From assembly GCA_965113315.1 (NCBI GenBank), contig OZ220369.1: a DNA stretch of 64,000 nucleotides; one strand, 5' to 3'. This document shows positions 37,601-46,921 of this stretch, one piece after another. This DNA is from Podarcis vaucheri. Lineage: Eukaryota. Positions within the stretch are counted from its first letter, which is position 1. Every line of letters begins with the position of its first letter. The translations under genes were made by a program, and so were the position numbers. Under the pieces are notes generated by a model. It did no database searches, was not told the origin of the DNA, and saw nothing but the letters and a program-made list of their open reading frames with translations.

Positions 37601-40459
37601 AGTGTTACTCTGTCCGCGAAGCAGAAGACAGCCCAGAAAAAGGGCCACCCAAGACAGGCTAGAAAAATAAACTGATTTTACAAATGTTTGATTCCCTGAT
37701 AATATGCTCCATGAAGAAACATTATGTTTTGTGAGTTGATGTGCATCCTGTGGGTGAGATCCCTTGCTTTACTGACTGGCTGTACACATATCTTGAGTTC
37801 TTGTTTTGTGTTTGTGGCACATTGTTCCAGTACCGATTACAGCTTATTGATAGCAGAGTCTCCTGTCATCTGTGTGGAGGAGCAGGATCTATTTTCTTTT
37901 TAATTTAGAAGCCTGGCCACTCGCTGCCTTCTCTGCACCAAGCCTTTTTCCATAGAAAGTCTTTATGAGGGAAGAAACAAGGGCCACTAAAATCAAACTC
38001 TCAAACTCTACCTGCTGGGACCTCTGTATAGCAGCATCTATTTCTTCCACCCTTTGCTTGATGGTGTCACTGATCATCTTGTAACGCTCATTAGTATCCG
38101 AAACCAACTTATCCAGCCCTTCGCGGGCACGCCAGGGCACCAGCTCCAGGAGGGCACGGCTGACTTCGTTCACAGTATCCAGGATAAGCCTGTGTTCCAT
38201 CACCTCCTTCTTCAGTTCCTGGAAAAGAAAAGGAAAAAAGGTCCAGTTGTCTGTGGTTGTGAATCCACTTGCCCTTTGGGTTGTGCAAGAAGGGTATTTT
38301 TTCATGATCAAAGACCAGCACAGGGCCCCCTGATGTTGGAAATCCAAGCCTCCATTTGCTGAGATGGACAGAGGTATTTCATTTGTAGTGGAAGGAAAGA
38401 GGAAAGAACATTTCCCATCCCAGAGGAAGCAGGCAAGGCATCTTCCTGGCTGTGGATCACAGGCCAGTGTATGATAACAACCACTTTTACTTGCAGGTGC
38501 TTTAAACTAAAAAGCAGACATAGCTGTGTCAGTCCATTAAAAAAACCCTCTAAAGTCCGCAAATGCCTTTATTAGGACCAATCTAAAAGCTTCTAAGCTC
38601 TCCATAACTCTTCAGAATATCACAGAAGGCTGGGAGTATAGACAATTTTTTTTAACCCCCTCCCCCCAAAAAACCAGGGAAGTAGAGCAATTAGCAAGCC
38701 ATGAAGTCAGCACTTGTAGACACATTCCAAGAGGAGGATTGCAGACTGAGAAGGTCCCTCTCTGATGCTACAAACAACAGGTTACACAGTGAGGCTCATT
38801 TGGTAAAGTAACAATGGCTTCTTGCCTGCTGAGAAGTCCTAGAGAACTTACAAGCTGTTCACATTTTTGTGAGTTTTTGGTCCACTAACTACTTAGCACA
38901 CTCTCTGTTATTACCAAAGCCCACTCTCCTTTGAAAACACTCTGCCTGAGTGTGGAATGGCTCCTGACCTTCTGCCTCTGCTGGAACTGAGGGATCTGCT
39001 CCCCGACAGGAGAGTGCCCTCCACCCGACGTCAGCTCCTGTTCCACCAGACCCATCCAGTCTGTCAGCTCTTCATGCGTGGACTGGAACTTGGTGGCCAG
39101 CTGGCGGGCCTGCTCCAGAGTGCGGAGAGCCTTTGAGCTGGCTGTGGTGATATCCGAGTAGCGGGTCTTGATGCCGTCCAGCTTCTCCTGGATGAGCAGC
39201 ACCTCTTCCCCTGCAGGGAGCCACCAAGTGTTTAGCTGCAGCAAGCCCTAGTCATTTGGTTTAGAGACTTCTTTTGTTTTGCCTCTTTATCTGCAGGCTT
39301 AGAAACTACTTCTCTAACAAAAGCTACCGAAGTAGAATAAAATAAGATTAACTCCCCACATGTTATAGACTCAATAAGCTAAAAACAATAAAACAATTTC
39401 TATACTTAATGTTCTAGAAAATGACAAGCCTTCGTGAGCAAAAAGCAGCAAATACTTGGGATTTAAAGCCCCTGCTTTCAACCCCACTCCTGTTTGCCTG
39501 AAGCAACCCTTTATAAGAAAATAAGAAATGAAGTGGATGAATCTTCGGGGGGGGGAGGGGGAGTTGTACTATGTTCTGCAGCCATTGGCACAGAGGAGTC
39601 AATGAAGAATGACAGGAAGAATTGTGGGGAGCGCAACAGGTTGGCTAGTCTTACCTGTGGTTTGCTTCAGAAGGGCCTGCCCGTTCTTAATGGCCTGGTC
39701 TACATTCTTCTTGCGGTTCACAATCTCATCATTCAAGGCCTAGGCAGGGGGGGGGAAAACCTTGTGTCAAAAGAGTTCCCCTGGAGAGGCTCCTCTTTGA
39801 CCAAAACAAGTTTCCCCCACTGGGGCTCCAACAACACCAGCACATTGACGGAGTAAAGGTGGCACCCAAGAGACATCTGTGGCTCCCTTCCACACAGGAA
39901 GCCTCTGGGAGGGGACACAGAAGCAGCCTGAAGCCTAAGGAAGGCAGGGCATTGATGATGCTCACTACTTCTACCAAACAGAAGAGGAGGGAGAGTCCTA
40001 GGCAGACCACCACTGGACCCAGCTAGGAGGAATACTTACACCAGGCTTTCCTAACCAAGTCCAAATGTTCTGGAGTACAAACCCCATCAACCCCAGGATC
40101 ATGGGGCTGACGGGAGCTGTAGTCGAAAATCTATGGGGAGTGCCAGTTTGGGAAGGGCTGCTTTAAGCAGAGGGTGGCAGCCTTCTAAAAGGCTTAACTG
40201 GGACAAGGGTTGGTCATCATTCTCTCTCTTTTTTCCCCTTTGGCACAGAAATAACACCGGTTTGTGTGGTGGCTGTATGGGGCAGCAGCAAGGGTGGGGC
40301 TGGTGTTCTAGGGAGATATTAATGGCCCAGATCAAAATCAAAAGACTCAAAACAACAGAAACAAAGGAAAAGATAAGAAGGATAAGAATACATCATGGAA
40401 GATGGGAAAATATAATAATAATAATGATAATAATAATAATAATAATAATAATATAATAA

Positions 40460-40501
<42 letters not shown>

Positions 40502-43500
40502 GATGGGAAAAGGAGTCAGTACCAGGTGGTCGGCATGCTGCCTCTGCAGGATGTCCCGCTTGTAATCCTTGACGGCCACTGAGCTGAGCTTGTCCTCAAC
40601 CTCAGCCAGCCAGTTGAGCACTTCCACCTCGTCCTCCCCAAAGAGCTGGGCGTTGGACAAGGCCTGGTCAAGAAGGGCAGCCTTCCGGCCACACCGGTCG
40701 CAAACCTCTGCATACCGGGACTCAAGCAGGTCAAGCTTCTCAGCCAGCGAGGCCTGCTCAGCCTGACAGCTCAAGGAGGCCAGGGACTGTCCAGTGTTGA
40801 CCGCCAGAGCCACAGCTGAGCCATGACTCTCTATCTCCTCCTCGAGGGCCTGGAGATCCGTGAGATGGTTTAAGAGAAGGGGGAACACAAAACAAGCAGA
40901 CAGAAACTTATGACTGAAAATGGAATAAACGGGAAACAAAACTGAGAAATGAGCGTGTCTGATGAACATGCAAACTCAAAGTAAAAATATCCACCCACGA
41001 GGGCAATAACATATATGAAATAAATTGTTTAAATAAAGAAAAGTGAGAGATGGGAGTTTTGCTTCATTCTTCTCTGGAGGCCAGGTAATCTCATGAACAG
41101 GAGTTATAGCTGCGGGTGCTATTTTCATAGCTTAAAGAGGAAAAGTTACTGAATTTGGGAAACGGTGTGTGTGGTGGGGTGTATCTCTCACACAATTCCC
41201 TTCTAATGAGCCAGGATTCTTCCTACCCAGAGACCCCTGATTGACACCAACAATGATTCCTGCTTGCGATTGGCTGAGCTGACGTGACATCACTCAAGTG
41301 TTCAAACACTCTAAGGCTGCAATCCTATGCACAATTACCTGGGAGTAAGTCCCACTAAACCCATTGGAACTTATTCCAAACAGACCCATCCAGGATTGCA
41401 CCAAGTGCAGGATTCTAGGATTTAGTGATATGGGCAATATGCTAGGAACTACTAAAGTTAAAAACCTAAGAACAACCCTACTGCTGGATTAGTCCAATAG
41501 ATCAGTATCCTGCTCTTATACTGGCCAAATGAATGCCTGTAGGAAGTCTGCAAGCAGGACCCAAGTGTATCGGCATTCTACCTGTCTCTGATTCCCACAC
41601 CTGCTATTCAGGGGTATACTGTGTCTGACAGCGAAAGCAGAACATAAGTCATCACGGGTAGTAGTTATTGGCAGTCTTGTCCTGCATGTTCTGAGGCTCA
41701 ACATTTTGCTTGGATACAAACCATGAGAATCTTCAACCTGAATTCCAACCAACTCAACTTGGCTTAAGGATTGTTCTGTTATGACAAGCATGTTTCCACC
41801 CCCACAAAATTTTATTCAGGTACCCAGGTTCCACAGCAGCAGCTATTCTAACTGAAGTGGCTACCGCCCAGTGCCGCCCAGTCACCCCCACATTTCGCAA
41901 TTCCTTGGCAACCCTTTGCCCACCTTATGCCGGCTTATCTGCTGCTGGATCTTGGCTGTCTGAGTCCCAATGGGCTCAGAGTTGGCCAGTTTCTTCTCAG
42001 TCACCGACAGCCAGTCAGAGATGGGCTCTGATGTCTCGTGGAACTGCTTGGCCAAAACCAGGATCTCCTCCAGCTGGTTTTGCCTGTGGCAAGAAAAAAA
42101 CAAATCCATCAGCAACAATGGGGGGGGGGTGAGGAAGAAGATGAGGCTACTTTGCCATTCCTGCAATAACAAAGAATGAAATGAGCACCCAGAGTATTTA
42201 TCCTGAGAAAGTTGAGCAGATAACCAGGTTCAGTTTTTGCACCAGGGATTCTGCTAGAAAGCATTTTAAGAGACTTCCAGGACTGGCTGGAACAGCCTTC
42301 GCCAAGGTGATGCCCTCCAGATGTTTTGGACTACTACTCCCATCAGCCCAAGCCAACATCTGGAGGGCATCAACTTGGCAAAGGATGGGCAAGAGCCTCC
42401 AGGGTCATTAACTCCATTCCCCTTTTTTTAAAGACAGGATTAATGTATCAAGAGCCTGTCTCATCAACCTTTTGGAGTTTGAGAGTGCCATTAAGATTGC
42501 TGAAACATGTAGTCTGGCAGACACTGCATAGTTGAGCTTCCTGAAAGTTTTTAACAAGGCCCCTCTCCCCAAACACTTCTGAATAAACTCAGCAGTCACA
42601 GGGTGAAAGGACAGATCCTCTTAAGGATCAGCAGTTGGTTAAAGAACAGGAAACAGAGTGTGGGAATAAACAGACAGTTCTCACAATGGAAGGAAGGAAG
42701 CGCGCAGTAAAGTTCCTGAAGGATCTGTGCATTGGAGCTGATGGTGCCCCTGAACTTGTTCAGGAATGATCTGGAGATAGGAGTGAGAAGGGAGGTGACA
42801 AAGTTTGTGGATGACACCAAAGTATTCAGTATGATGAACAACCAAGTGGGCTGTGAAGAGCTCCAAAAGGATGTCTCCAAAACAGGGCAGGGGGTAACAA
42901 AATAATATATGAATAAAGTGATAGATGCATGAAGCAAAGCAACAACAAAAAACAAAAACAAACAACCCCCAAAACCTTAATGATATATACACTGATGGGG
43001 CCTAAAGAGGTGATGATTGACCAAAAAGGGAATTGTGGGTTCAGTGAAAATATTGGTAATTTTTGTAGCCCCATGCAAAAGATCTGATGATCTGAAATCT
43101 CATGTTTAGACATGGTGGGGCTAAGGAGGAGTGGGGTTCCCCCTTCTCCATGTGAATGAAACCTGTCTAGGAAATGTGGGAAAACCAAGGGGGGGGGGAG
43201 ACATACAGCTTGAAGAAATTGCTGATATAGGCCATTTTCACAGATGTTGGACTTGACTCTCTGTGGAGTTGCTGGAATGCAACTGCCAGGTTTAAAAAAT
43301 ATTAATGATAACCCTTTCCCTGGATTTTACACTTCCATCTAATTCCTGTGGAGCTGTGGAGAAAAGCTTCTCTCTCGCACACACACAGCCCCCTCCCCAA
43401 AGCAAAGCAGAAACTTCAAGGGACAGAGGGAGGGAACCTGCAGCTCTCTATACCCAGAACATGGTTCCTTAGCCCCCCTTTTTTTTGTCTGTGGGTTGCT

Positions 43501-46500
43501 TCACATATGTGGGAAAGCTGTATGCATGCAGTCATGCGTAATGATGAGCCCACAGGAGTGCCAATATAAATTGGGTTTGGAAGAAACACTCCATCCCAAC
43601 CCCAAGTACTTGAAAGAAGCAGGGTGAGTTAGCAGCTTGGGGGTAAGCTAAAGGGCAGCAGAGAGTAACACAGAGCTGATGCACAGGTCAAAATCCACTA
43701 ACATAAAGTTCTCCTGCACTGACTGCCTCCTCTGAAATGAACCACAGCTGTTATCTGTTCTTGCACAGCTACCATTCATTGAAAGGGGACCCTCCCCTTT
43801 TTCTTACATCTGCAAGGGAGCTCTTGAGGATAACCCTCCACAGACATTAAAACATCCTGGACTGGCCCTGGATGGCCAAAGGTTATCTGCTACCACTGCT
43901 GGTTTAATTGGTATCTGAATTCTGTATTTTTGTTTTATGCTGATTTAATCTTATAGTTTGATTTTGGTTTATACTGCACATATTTCTATCTTGGCACCTT
44001 CAAGTGAAGGGCAGGTGATAAATATTTTAAAGAAGAAAGAAATACTGTGGCACAGAAGCGTGTTCCACACGTGCTGCTCATGGTGCTCTGGGACTCACAG
44101 GATCAAGAGGGGGTTTTTGTGAGTTTTACAAGCAAGAGACTCTCCTGCAAGTAGTGCATCCCATCCTGCGGACAGAGTTTGTATTCTTCAGTCCTGCTAA
44201 CCACACTCAGTTGCAATGTCCTAGCCATATGGCGCAGAAGTTCAGAGTGATTTTATTCAGAGCACAGGCATGAGACAGCATCTTTAACAGCTTGTTTTGC
44301 AAAGTTATTGTGTGCAATGCACAGGCAGTCACAGTTCATAAAATAACTCGTGTTATGAAACAGCAGGGTTACCAGAGCAAAGGGCCACAGCTCAATGGCA
44401 GAGTATCTGGTGTGTATGCAGAAGCCCCCAGGGGTCCAGCCCCCAGCAGCATCTCCAGGCAGGGCTGGGAAAGGCTCGCTGCCTGAAACCCTAGAGAGCT
44501 GCTGCCGATCAGAGTAGCCTGTACTGAGCTAGATGGACCAATGCTCCAACTCAGTATAAGGCAGCCTACCAAAAGAACATCAAAGTATACTTTGCGGGGA
44601 GAGGAGAGCGCAAAGCAAAGGTCACTTTCTATCGCTTCAGTGCTAAATTACAACAGACAAGCTTGCATCCTACAGGCCTTGTAGCTTACCTGGCTGTAGC
44701 TTTGCTGAGAAGCCCTGCCCAGTGGCTTCCAAGGCTCTCCAGTTGGGCAACTATCTTCTCCCTGTCTGCTGGTTCAGCAGACTGAGCTATTCTCCCACCC
44801 TCTGCTTGGATCATCTCGACAGTAGCTTTCCGGTCATCCAGGAGACGCTGGAGCAGCTTTGGAATAAAGTATTAGAAAGTGATAATTATTCTGCTAAGGA
44901 AGGATTTACCCTTCTGCTTTCAGTAAGGCCAACAGTCCCCAGGGCTCTCCCTCTGCTAAACTCACATTTCCCTCCTACCGCTTTTAACTGTGCCCTCTTT
45001 CTCCCCTTTCACTCACCACCATCAACTTCAAGTTCCCAGACCTCACCCAGCAAAGGCTGCCTTTTATGCCATTCCTAGTGGGGGCTGTCTCCACACTAAA
45101 GGTTGGGTGTCTGTCCCCTATATTGTCCCCTCTCTGTTCTGCAAAGCTCACCAACTACCAGCCTCTTTCCTTCCTTTTCCTGCTTATTTGACATGGCACA
45201 GGTGGTAGATAGAAGCCGCCTGCCAAAAAGAAAAGCAAGTGAAACCTTTCCTGTCAGCTGGGGATACCTGGGGCTGCTGGTGGAGCTGAGTGCCCAAAGC
45301 AGAGAGAGGCCATGGAAGGTCCTGCCAGCCAGCTGTGCTCTGTGAGTTCAAGGTCCCCTGGCTCCCAACTCCTCACCTTTTGCTCCTGAATCTGAGCCTT
45401 CACTACTTTATATTCAGCAGATGGCGGCTTCTGGTTGGAGATGAGCTCCTCCGTGTCGGCCAACCAGCTGAGCAAAGGCTCCAAGGCATCCTGGAACTTT
45501 CCACAATGCAACAGGGCTTCCTGCAGCTGTGCAATCCTCTGCGCCACCTACATTTTGCCAGAACATAACAGTCACACATATATATTGCTACAGAAGCATT
45601 TACTGGTCAACCATTTGGAAAGTGTGCTTCTCAGATTCGCTTCATTTTCACAGTCACTGTGCAAGGTAGAACATTACTTCTCTTGAGTTCTTCACGGCCT
45701 AGGACCCTTGTACCTACAGGACCGCCTCTCCCAGTATGCCCCACGGAGGACCTTAAGGTCCATAAATAGCAACACCCTAGAGGTCCCAAGCCCTAAGGAA
45801 GTTAGATTAGCCTCAACCAGAGCCAGGGCTTTTTCAACACTGGCTCCGGCCTGGTGGAACGCTCTGTCTCATGAGACCAGGGCCCTGCAGGATCTGATTT
45901 CTTTCCGCAGGGCCTGTAAGACAGAGTTGTTCAGTCTAGCCTTTGGCTTGGAGTCAATTTGATTCCCTCCCTCTCTTTCTTTTTTCCTTTCTCTTCCTGT
46001 GATGAGGCTGCATTTTAATGTTTTAATGCTGTATTTTAATCTTGTTTTTAAGTTGCATTCATTCAACTTGTTTTTATTATTGGTTGTTAGCTGCCCTGAG
46101 CCTGGCCTTGGCTGGGGCGGGCGGGGTGTATATAACAATTACTATTATTATTAGTTTAAAAAGTGACTAATAACATTTATGTAAAAATCTATTTCCCAAT
46201 AATTGGTCACTCTCTAGGATGACCAAGCAACAGAATCCAGAATGAATCTATACAGAGAGAAGCAAACACAACTCACAATGGTGGACAGATCCACTGGGGG
46301 ACACAATTATCTCCCACCCCCAGCCACTTCCCTAAGTGTGCCCCTTTTACCTTCTTTTATACACAGGAATAGAAAAGTACTTGAAGACACTGTGTGTGTG
46401 TGTGTGTGTGTGTGTGGAAAGGCCCACATCCATTCTCCATGCCTAGCACTAGGTGGCCTGGACTTCACTGACAATGATCTTCACTCTGCTCATGGGCAGG

Positions 46501-46921
46501 CACTCTCCTTCTGCATCCTAACAGCTCCCATGCAATATAAATAGTTGAAGTGCATTTAAATCCCACCTTTCTTCCATTGTGGAACCCATAGTGGCATACC
46601 TGGGTTTCCCAAGGTGTCTCCCATCCAGGCATCAACCATGTTCAGGTCTGGTTAGTTCTGCAAGGTGGTCACCTTGTGTGCCTGCAGGCTGTATCCCACC
46701 GCCCCTCCCAGCAGAAGGATGTTGTTAGTAATGCCGAGGAGCCACCAAGTGCAGCTCACCTTCTTGTTGAGGGTGTTCCAGCGGGTGTTGATGTCCTCCA
46801 TGTCATGTTCCAAGCCCTGGACGTCACAATTCTTTCCCGCACTCTGGATGAGTCCCTGTCCGAGCCCATTGACTTGCTGCAGTTTTGCCTGAAGTGGGTC
46901 AACTTGCTCCTTCTGGAACGT
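413..46921 (-). CDS. MACF1: MACF1 (microtubule-actin crosslinking factor 1 / ACF7), C-terminal half, 43 coding exons: spectrin repeats, EF-hands, GAR domain, start of Ser/Arg-rich tail; gene continues beyond both window edges
   Basis: Exon translations join in frame with GT-AG boundaries and matching phases. Diagnostic peptides: [98 protein letters not shown]. The MACF1-type tail (vs DST) and nested KIAA0754 support MACF1. Confidence 0.96.
1440..1595 (+). mobile_element. tRNA-derived SINE (Squam2-like family)
   Basis: TGCAGAAGGTCCCAGGT...CTCCAGGTAGG..TGGGAAAGACTCCTGCC...GAGAGCTGCTGCCAG...GCTAGATGGAC...CCTATGTTC; the same motif order recurs in several copies in the window. Confidence 0.72.
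2397..2507 (-). CDS. MACF1: MACF1 cassette exon [37 protein letters not shown]
   Basis: 111 nt, symmetric phase 0, CACAG acceptor after long pyrimidine tract, GAG|GTAGAG donor; [10 protein letters not shown] motif recalled from MACF1 alternative tail exon. Confidence 0.85.
3101..3312 (-). CDS. MACF1: MACF1 exon [22 protein letters not shown]...PASGTK (GAR end / GSR-rich region)
   Basis: 212 nt, phase 1 to 0, TACAG acceptor, AAG|GTGAGA donor. Confidence 0.95.
3857..3988 (+). mobile_element. tRNA-Lys(CTT)-derived SINE with CR1-type 3' tail
   Basis: TAGCTCAGTC...GAGACTCTTAATCTC...GGGTTCAAGCCCC (A/B boxes, CTT anticodon arm), then GATTCCTGCATTGC...CAACTCTACAATTCTATG; a related tail occurs at ~31736-31800. 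Confidence 0.75.
4185..4378 (-). mobile_element. tRNA-derived SINE (Squam2-like family), inverted relative to the 1440 copy
   Basis: Reverse complement begins GGTGTAGCTCAGTGGGAGAGCA and ends GCAGCTTCCTATGTTC. Confidence 0.72.
5313..5321 (-). CDS. MACF1: Candidate 9-nt MACF1 microexon AAATTGCCT (inserts E-I-A and changes following Ala to Ser)
   Basis: ttttctcctAG|AAATTGCCT|GTAAGT, frame-preserving in a phase-1 intron, ~85-nt AG-free pyrimidine-rich upstream zone. Confidence 0.5.
5819..5887 (-). CDS. MACF1: MACF1 cassette exon [23 protein letters not shown]
   Basis: 69 nt, symmetric phase 1, TCTAG acceptor, TAG|GTTGGC donor; resembles a recalled MACF1/DST alternative exon after DPCR. Confidence 0.88.
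6464..6581 (-). CDS. MACF1: MACF1 GAR domain exon [39 protein letters not shown]
   Basis: 118 nt, GAS2/GAR signature VMVRVGGGW, phase 0 to 1. Confidence 0.97.
9520..9537 (-). CDS. MACF1: MACF1 18-nt microexon FFLGNQ inside GAR domain
   Basis: ttgTAG|TTCTTCCTCGGCAACCAG|GTACAG; phase 0; peptide recalled from MACF1/DST isoforms (KYR-FFLGNQ-FGDSQ). Confidence 0.92.
10309..10383 (-). CDS. MACF1: MACF1 GAR exon [25 protein letters not shown]
   Basis: 75 nt, CxC Zn ligands, CGG|GTAAGC donor. Confidence 0.96.
11471..11625 (-). CDS. MACF1: MACF1 EF-hand 2 exon [29 protein letters not shown]...KIEDE
   Basis: 155 nt, canonical EF loop [12 protein letters not shown]. Confidence 0.97.
11972..12134 (-). 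CDS. MACF1: MACF1 EF-hand 1 exon LKEFANFDF...[20 protein letters not shown]
   Basis: 163 nt, EF loop [12 protein letters not shown], phase 0 to 1. Confidence 0.97.
13398..13561 (-). CDS. MACF1: MACF1 exon [15 protein letters not shown]...LDRLEE
   Basis: 164 nt, phase 1 to 0. Confidence 0.93.
14328..14445 (-). CDS. MACF1: MACF1 exon [23 protein letters not shown]...KSRSN
   Basis: 118 nt, phase 0 to 1, GTATGT donor. Confidence 0.92.
15622..15810 (-). CDS. MACF1: MACF1 spectrin-repeat exon [10 protein letters not shown]...LIAEHQ
   Basis: 189 nt, GT-AG, phase 0. Confidence 0.94.
16536..16679 (-). CDS. MACF1: MACF1 spectrin-repeat exon EFMKKVEEK...RARFEE
   Basis: 144 nt, GTGAGT donor. Confidence 0.94.
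16771..16899 (-). CDS. MACF1: MACF1 spectrin-repeat exon AEEFRTAVH...LIDVHK
   Basis: 129 nt; followed by a 91-nt intron. Confidence 0.94.
17165..17359 (-). CDS. MACF1: MACF1 spectrin-repeat exon [11 protein letters not shown]...LEEALKQ
   Basis: 195 nt, GT-AG, phase 0. Confidence 0.93.
17804..17963 (-). CDS. MACF1: MACF1 spectrin-repeat exon (R)[14 protein letters not shown]...MDAHK
   Basis: 160 nt, phase 2 to 0. Confidence 0.94.
18512..18681 (-). CDS. MACF1: MACF1 spectrin-repeat exon [10 protein letters not shown]...GKSVER
   Basis: 170 nt, phase 0 to 2, GTGAGT donor. Confidence 0.94.
18788..18907 (-). CDS. MACF1: MACF1 spectrin-repeat exon [14 protein letters not shown]...LSKHK
   Basis: 120 nt, GT-AG, phase 0. 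Confidence 0.93.
19158..19364 (-). CDS. MACF1: MACF1 spectrin-repeat exon VFANEVNAH...RKRAKQ
   Basis: 207 nt, phase 0. Confidence 0.94.
19571..19603. repeat. (CA)n microsatellite
   Basis: Direct observation; other (CA/TG)n tracts at ~46392-46416, 51721-51742 and 53065-53084. Confidence 0.95.
19680..19905. mobile_element. Tc1/mariner (Tigger/pogo-like) MITE, 226 bp
   Basis: TA|CAGTGGTACCTCGGGTTA ... TAACCTGAGGTACCACTG|TA; terminal inverted repeats with TA target-site duplication. Confidence 0.9.
20821..21148. mobile_element. Tc1/mariner (Tigger/pogo-like) MITE, 328 bp
   Basis: TA|CAGTGGTGCCTTGCAAGACGAA ... TTCGTCTTGCGGGGCACCACTG|TA (20/22 TIR match); internal TTAGCGGC repeats. Confidence 0.9.
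21358..21513 (-). CDS. MACF1: MACF1 spectrin-repeat exon [10 protein letters not shown]...QIEDHK
   Basis: 156 nt, phase 0. Confidence 0.94.
22235..22408 (-). CDS. MACF1: MACF1 spectrin-repeat exon ELYAQFKAN...KMEERK
   Basis: 174 nt, phase 0. Confidence 0.93.
23013..23141 (-). CDS. MACF1: MACF1 spectrin-repeat exon [10 protein letters not shown]...EQLNAHM
   Basis: 129 nt, GTGAGT donor. Confidence 0.94.
24055..24252 (-). CDS. MACF1: MACF1 spectrin-repeat exon [10 protein letters not shown]...QMTLQQ
   Basis: 198 nt, phase 0. Confidence 0.94.
24545..24690 (+). mobile_element. tRNA-derived SINE (Squam2-like), partial
   Basis: GCTGTGGCTCAGTGGCAGGGCACTTGCTTTGCATGC...TCTCCAGGTAGGGCTGG. Confidence 0.65.
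25788..25943 (-). CDS. MACF1: MACF1 spectrin-repeat exon [17 protein letters not shown]...ELAKHH
   Basis: 156 nt, GTAAGT donor. Confidence 0.94.
26463..26636 (-). CDS. MACF1: MACF1 spectrin-repeat exon [10 protein letters not shown]...KIAHRQ
   Basis: 174 nt, phase 0. Confidence 0.94.
26754..26855 (-). CDS. MACF1: MACF1 spectrin-repeat exon [34 protein letters not shown]
   Basis: 102 nt, phase 0. Confidence 0.93.
27712..27862 (+). mobile_element. tRNA-derived SINE (Squam2-like)
   Basis: GGCTCAGTGGCAAAGCAGCTGC...GGTTCAATCCCTGGC..CATCTCCAGGTAGGG. Confidence 0.68.
27915..28016 (-). CDS. MACF1: MACF1 spectrin-repeat exon MNGAWENLN...YQDTLQ
   Basis: 102 nt, phase 0. Confidence 0.93.
28709..28831 (-). 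CDS. MACF1: MACF1 spectrin-repeat exon TIKEETDSL...KKSIDE
   Basis: 123 nt, phase 0. Confidence 0.93.
29234..29460 (-). CDS. MACF1: MACF1 spectrin-repeat exon [17 protein letters not shown]...QVEAAE
   Basis: 227 nt, phase 1 to 0. Confidence 0.94.
29585..29816 (-). CDS. MACF1: MACF1 spectrin-repeat exon [10 protein letters not shown]...DKDLAAK
   Basis: 232 nt, phase 0 to 1. Confidence 0.94.
31005..31013 (-). CDS. MACF1: MACF1 9-nt microexon IGE (between VSQSTQ and FHDKIEP)
   Basis: atgacAG|ATTGGAGAG|GTAAGA, phase 0, ~144-nt AG-free zone; positionally equivalent to the ITE insertion I recall in mammalian MACF1. Confidence 0.82.
32059..32262 (-). CDS. MACF1: MACF1 spectrin-repeat exon [10 protein letters not shown]...VSQSTQ
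   Basis: 204 nt, phase 0. Confidence 0.93.
33568..33786 (-). CDS. MACF1: MACF1 spectrin-repeat exon EKTECLLKQ...QQEDMR
   Basis: 219 nt, phase 0. Confidence 0.94.
34130..34326 (-). mobile_element. MIR/Ther1-related SINE (Squam3-like)
   Basis: Reverse complement GGTGTAGTGGTTAGAATATTGGACTAGGACCTAGGAGACCAGGG...AACCTAACCTACGTCACAGG. Confidence 0.7.
34664..34771 (-). CDS. MACF1: MACF1 spectrin-repeat exon [10 protein letters not shown]...KATLQ
   Basis: 108 nt, phase 0. Confidence 0.93.
35139..36137. mobile_element. Non-autonomous Tc1/mariner-superfamily (Tc2/pogo-like) DNA transposon, 999 bp
   Basis: TA|CCGTATTTTTCGCTCTATAACACGCA ... TGCGTGTTATAGAGCAAAAAATACGG|TA (25/26 TIR match), TA target-site duplication, no transposase ORF. 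Confidence 0.9.
35373..35491. repeat. 60-bp tandem duplication inside the DNA transposon
   Basis: GAACAAAGAGCAGGG(A/G)AAGCCCCTCCCCTCCAGGCAAGTAGAGAGGAAAGCAGAGCGTC present twice, near-identical. Confidence 0.95.
36858..36977 (-). CDS. MACF1: MACF1 spectrin-repeat exon [11 protein letters not shown]...LQVQK
   Basis: 120 nt, phase 0. Confidence 0.93.
38012..38218 (-). CDS. MACF1: MACF1 spectrin-repeat exon ELKKEVMEH...IQRSQQ
   Basis: 207 nt, phase 0. Confidence 0.94.
38969..39210 (-). CDS. MACF1: MACF1 spectrin-repeat exon [10 protein letters not shown]...QFQQRQK
   Basis: 242 nt, phase 1 to 0. Confidence 0.94.
39655..39739 (-). CDS. MACF1: MACF1 spectrin-repeat exon [28 protein letters not shown]
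   Basis: 85 nt, phase 0 to 1, GTAAGA donor. Confidence 0.93.
40411..40498. repeat. (AAT)n microsatellite, imperfect
   Basis: ~28 AAT units, ~25 nt into the intron from the 40523 donor. Confidence 0.95.
40523..40849 (-). CDS. MACF1: MACF1 spectrin-repeat exon [10 protein letters not shown]...HADHL
   Basis: 327 nt, phase 0, weak GTACTG donor. Confidence 0.92.
41924..42083 (-). CDS. MACF1: MACF1 spectrin-repeat exon (R)[14 protein letters not shown]...ISRHK
   Basis: 160 nt, phase 2 to 0. Confidence 0.94.
42450..43080 (+). mobile_element. Old, degraded CR1 LINE reverse transcriptase fragment
   Basis: Residual RT motifs (CLINLLEF-like, [19 protein letters not shown]) broken by stops and frameshifts. 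Confidence 0.7.
44380..44570 (+). mobile_element. tRNA-derived SINE (Squam2-like)
   Basis: CACAGCTCAATGGCAGAGTATC...CATCTCCAGGCAGGGCTGGG...GAGCTAGATGGACCAATG...CAGTATAAGGCAGC. Confidence 0.7.
44690..44856 (-). CDS. MACF1: MACF1 spectrin-repeat exon [21 protein letters not shown]...SKATAR
   Basis: 167 nt, AAG acceptor, phase 0 to 2. Confidence 0.93.
45377..45547 (-). CDS. MACF1: MACF1 spectrin-repeat exon [18 protein letters not shown]...IQEQK
   Basis: 171 nt, phase 0. Confidence 0.94.
45688..46153 (+). mobile_element. L2 LINE 3' end fragment
   Basis: [23 protein letters not shown]...[14 protein letters not shown]...[10 protein letters not shown] is a typical L2 ORF2 C-terminus, followed by a 3' UTR ending in a TAT-repeat tail. 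Confidence 0.8.
46760..46921 (-). CDS. MACF1: MACF1 spectrin-repeat exon [16 protein letters not shown]...WNTLNKK (first shared exon downstream of the KIAA0754-containing intron)
   Basis: 162 nt, phase-0 acceptor cctCAG|ACG, AAG|GTGAGC donor. Confidence 0.94.

Noticed and set aside
40319-40522. Poly-Ile/poly-Tyr extension of the 216-aa ORF as a transmembrane tail
   Set aside because: Translation of an intronic (AAT)n microsatellite beyond the 40523 donor
11956-46892. Plus-strand ORFs overlapping MACF1 exons (e.g. 11956-12264, 29175-29525, 46665-46892)
   Set aside because: Antisense shadows of coding exons, with no independent gene structure
413-46921. Assignment to dystonin (DST/BPAG1)
   Set aside because: Tail sequence ([47 protein letters not shown]) and nested KIAA0754 fit MACF1 better
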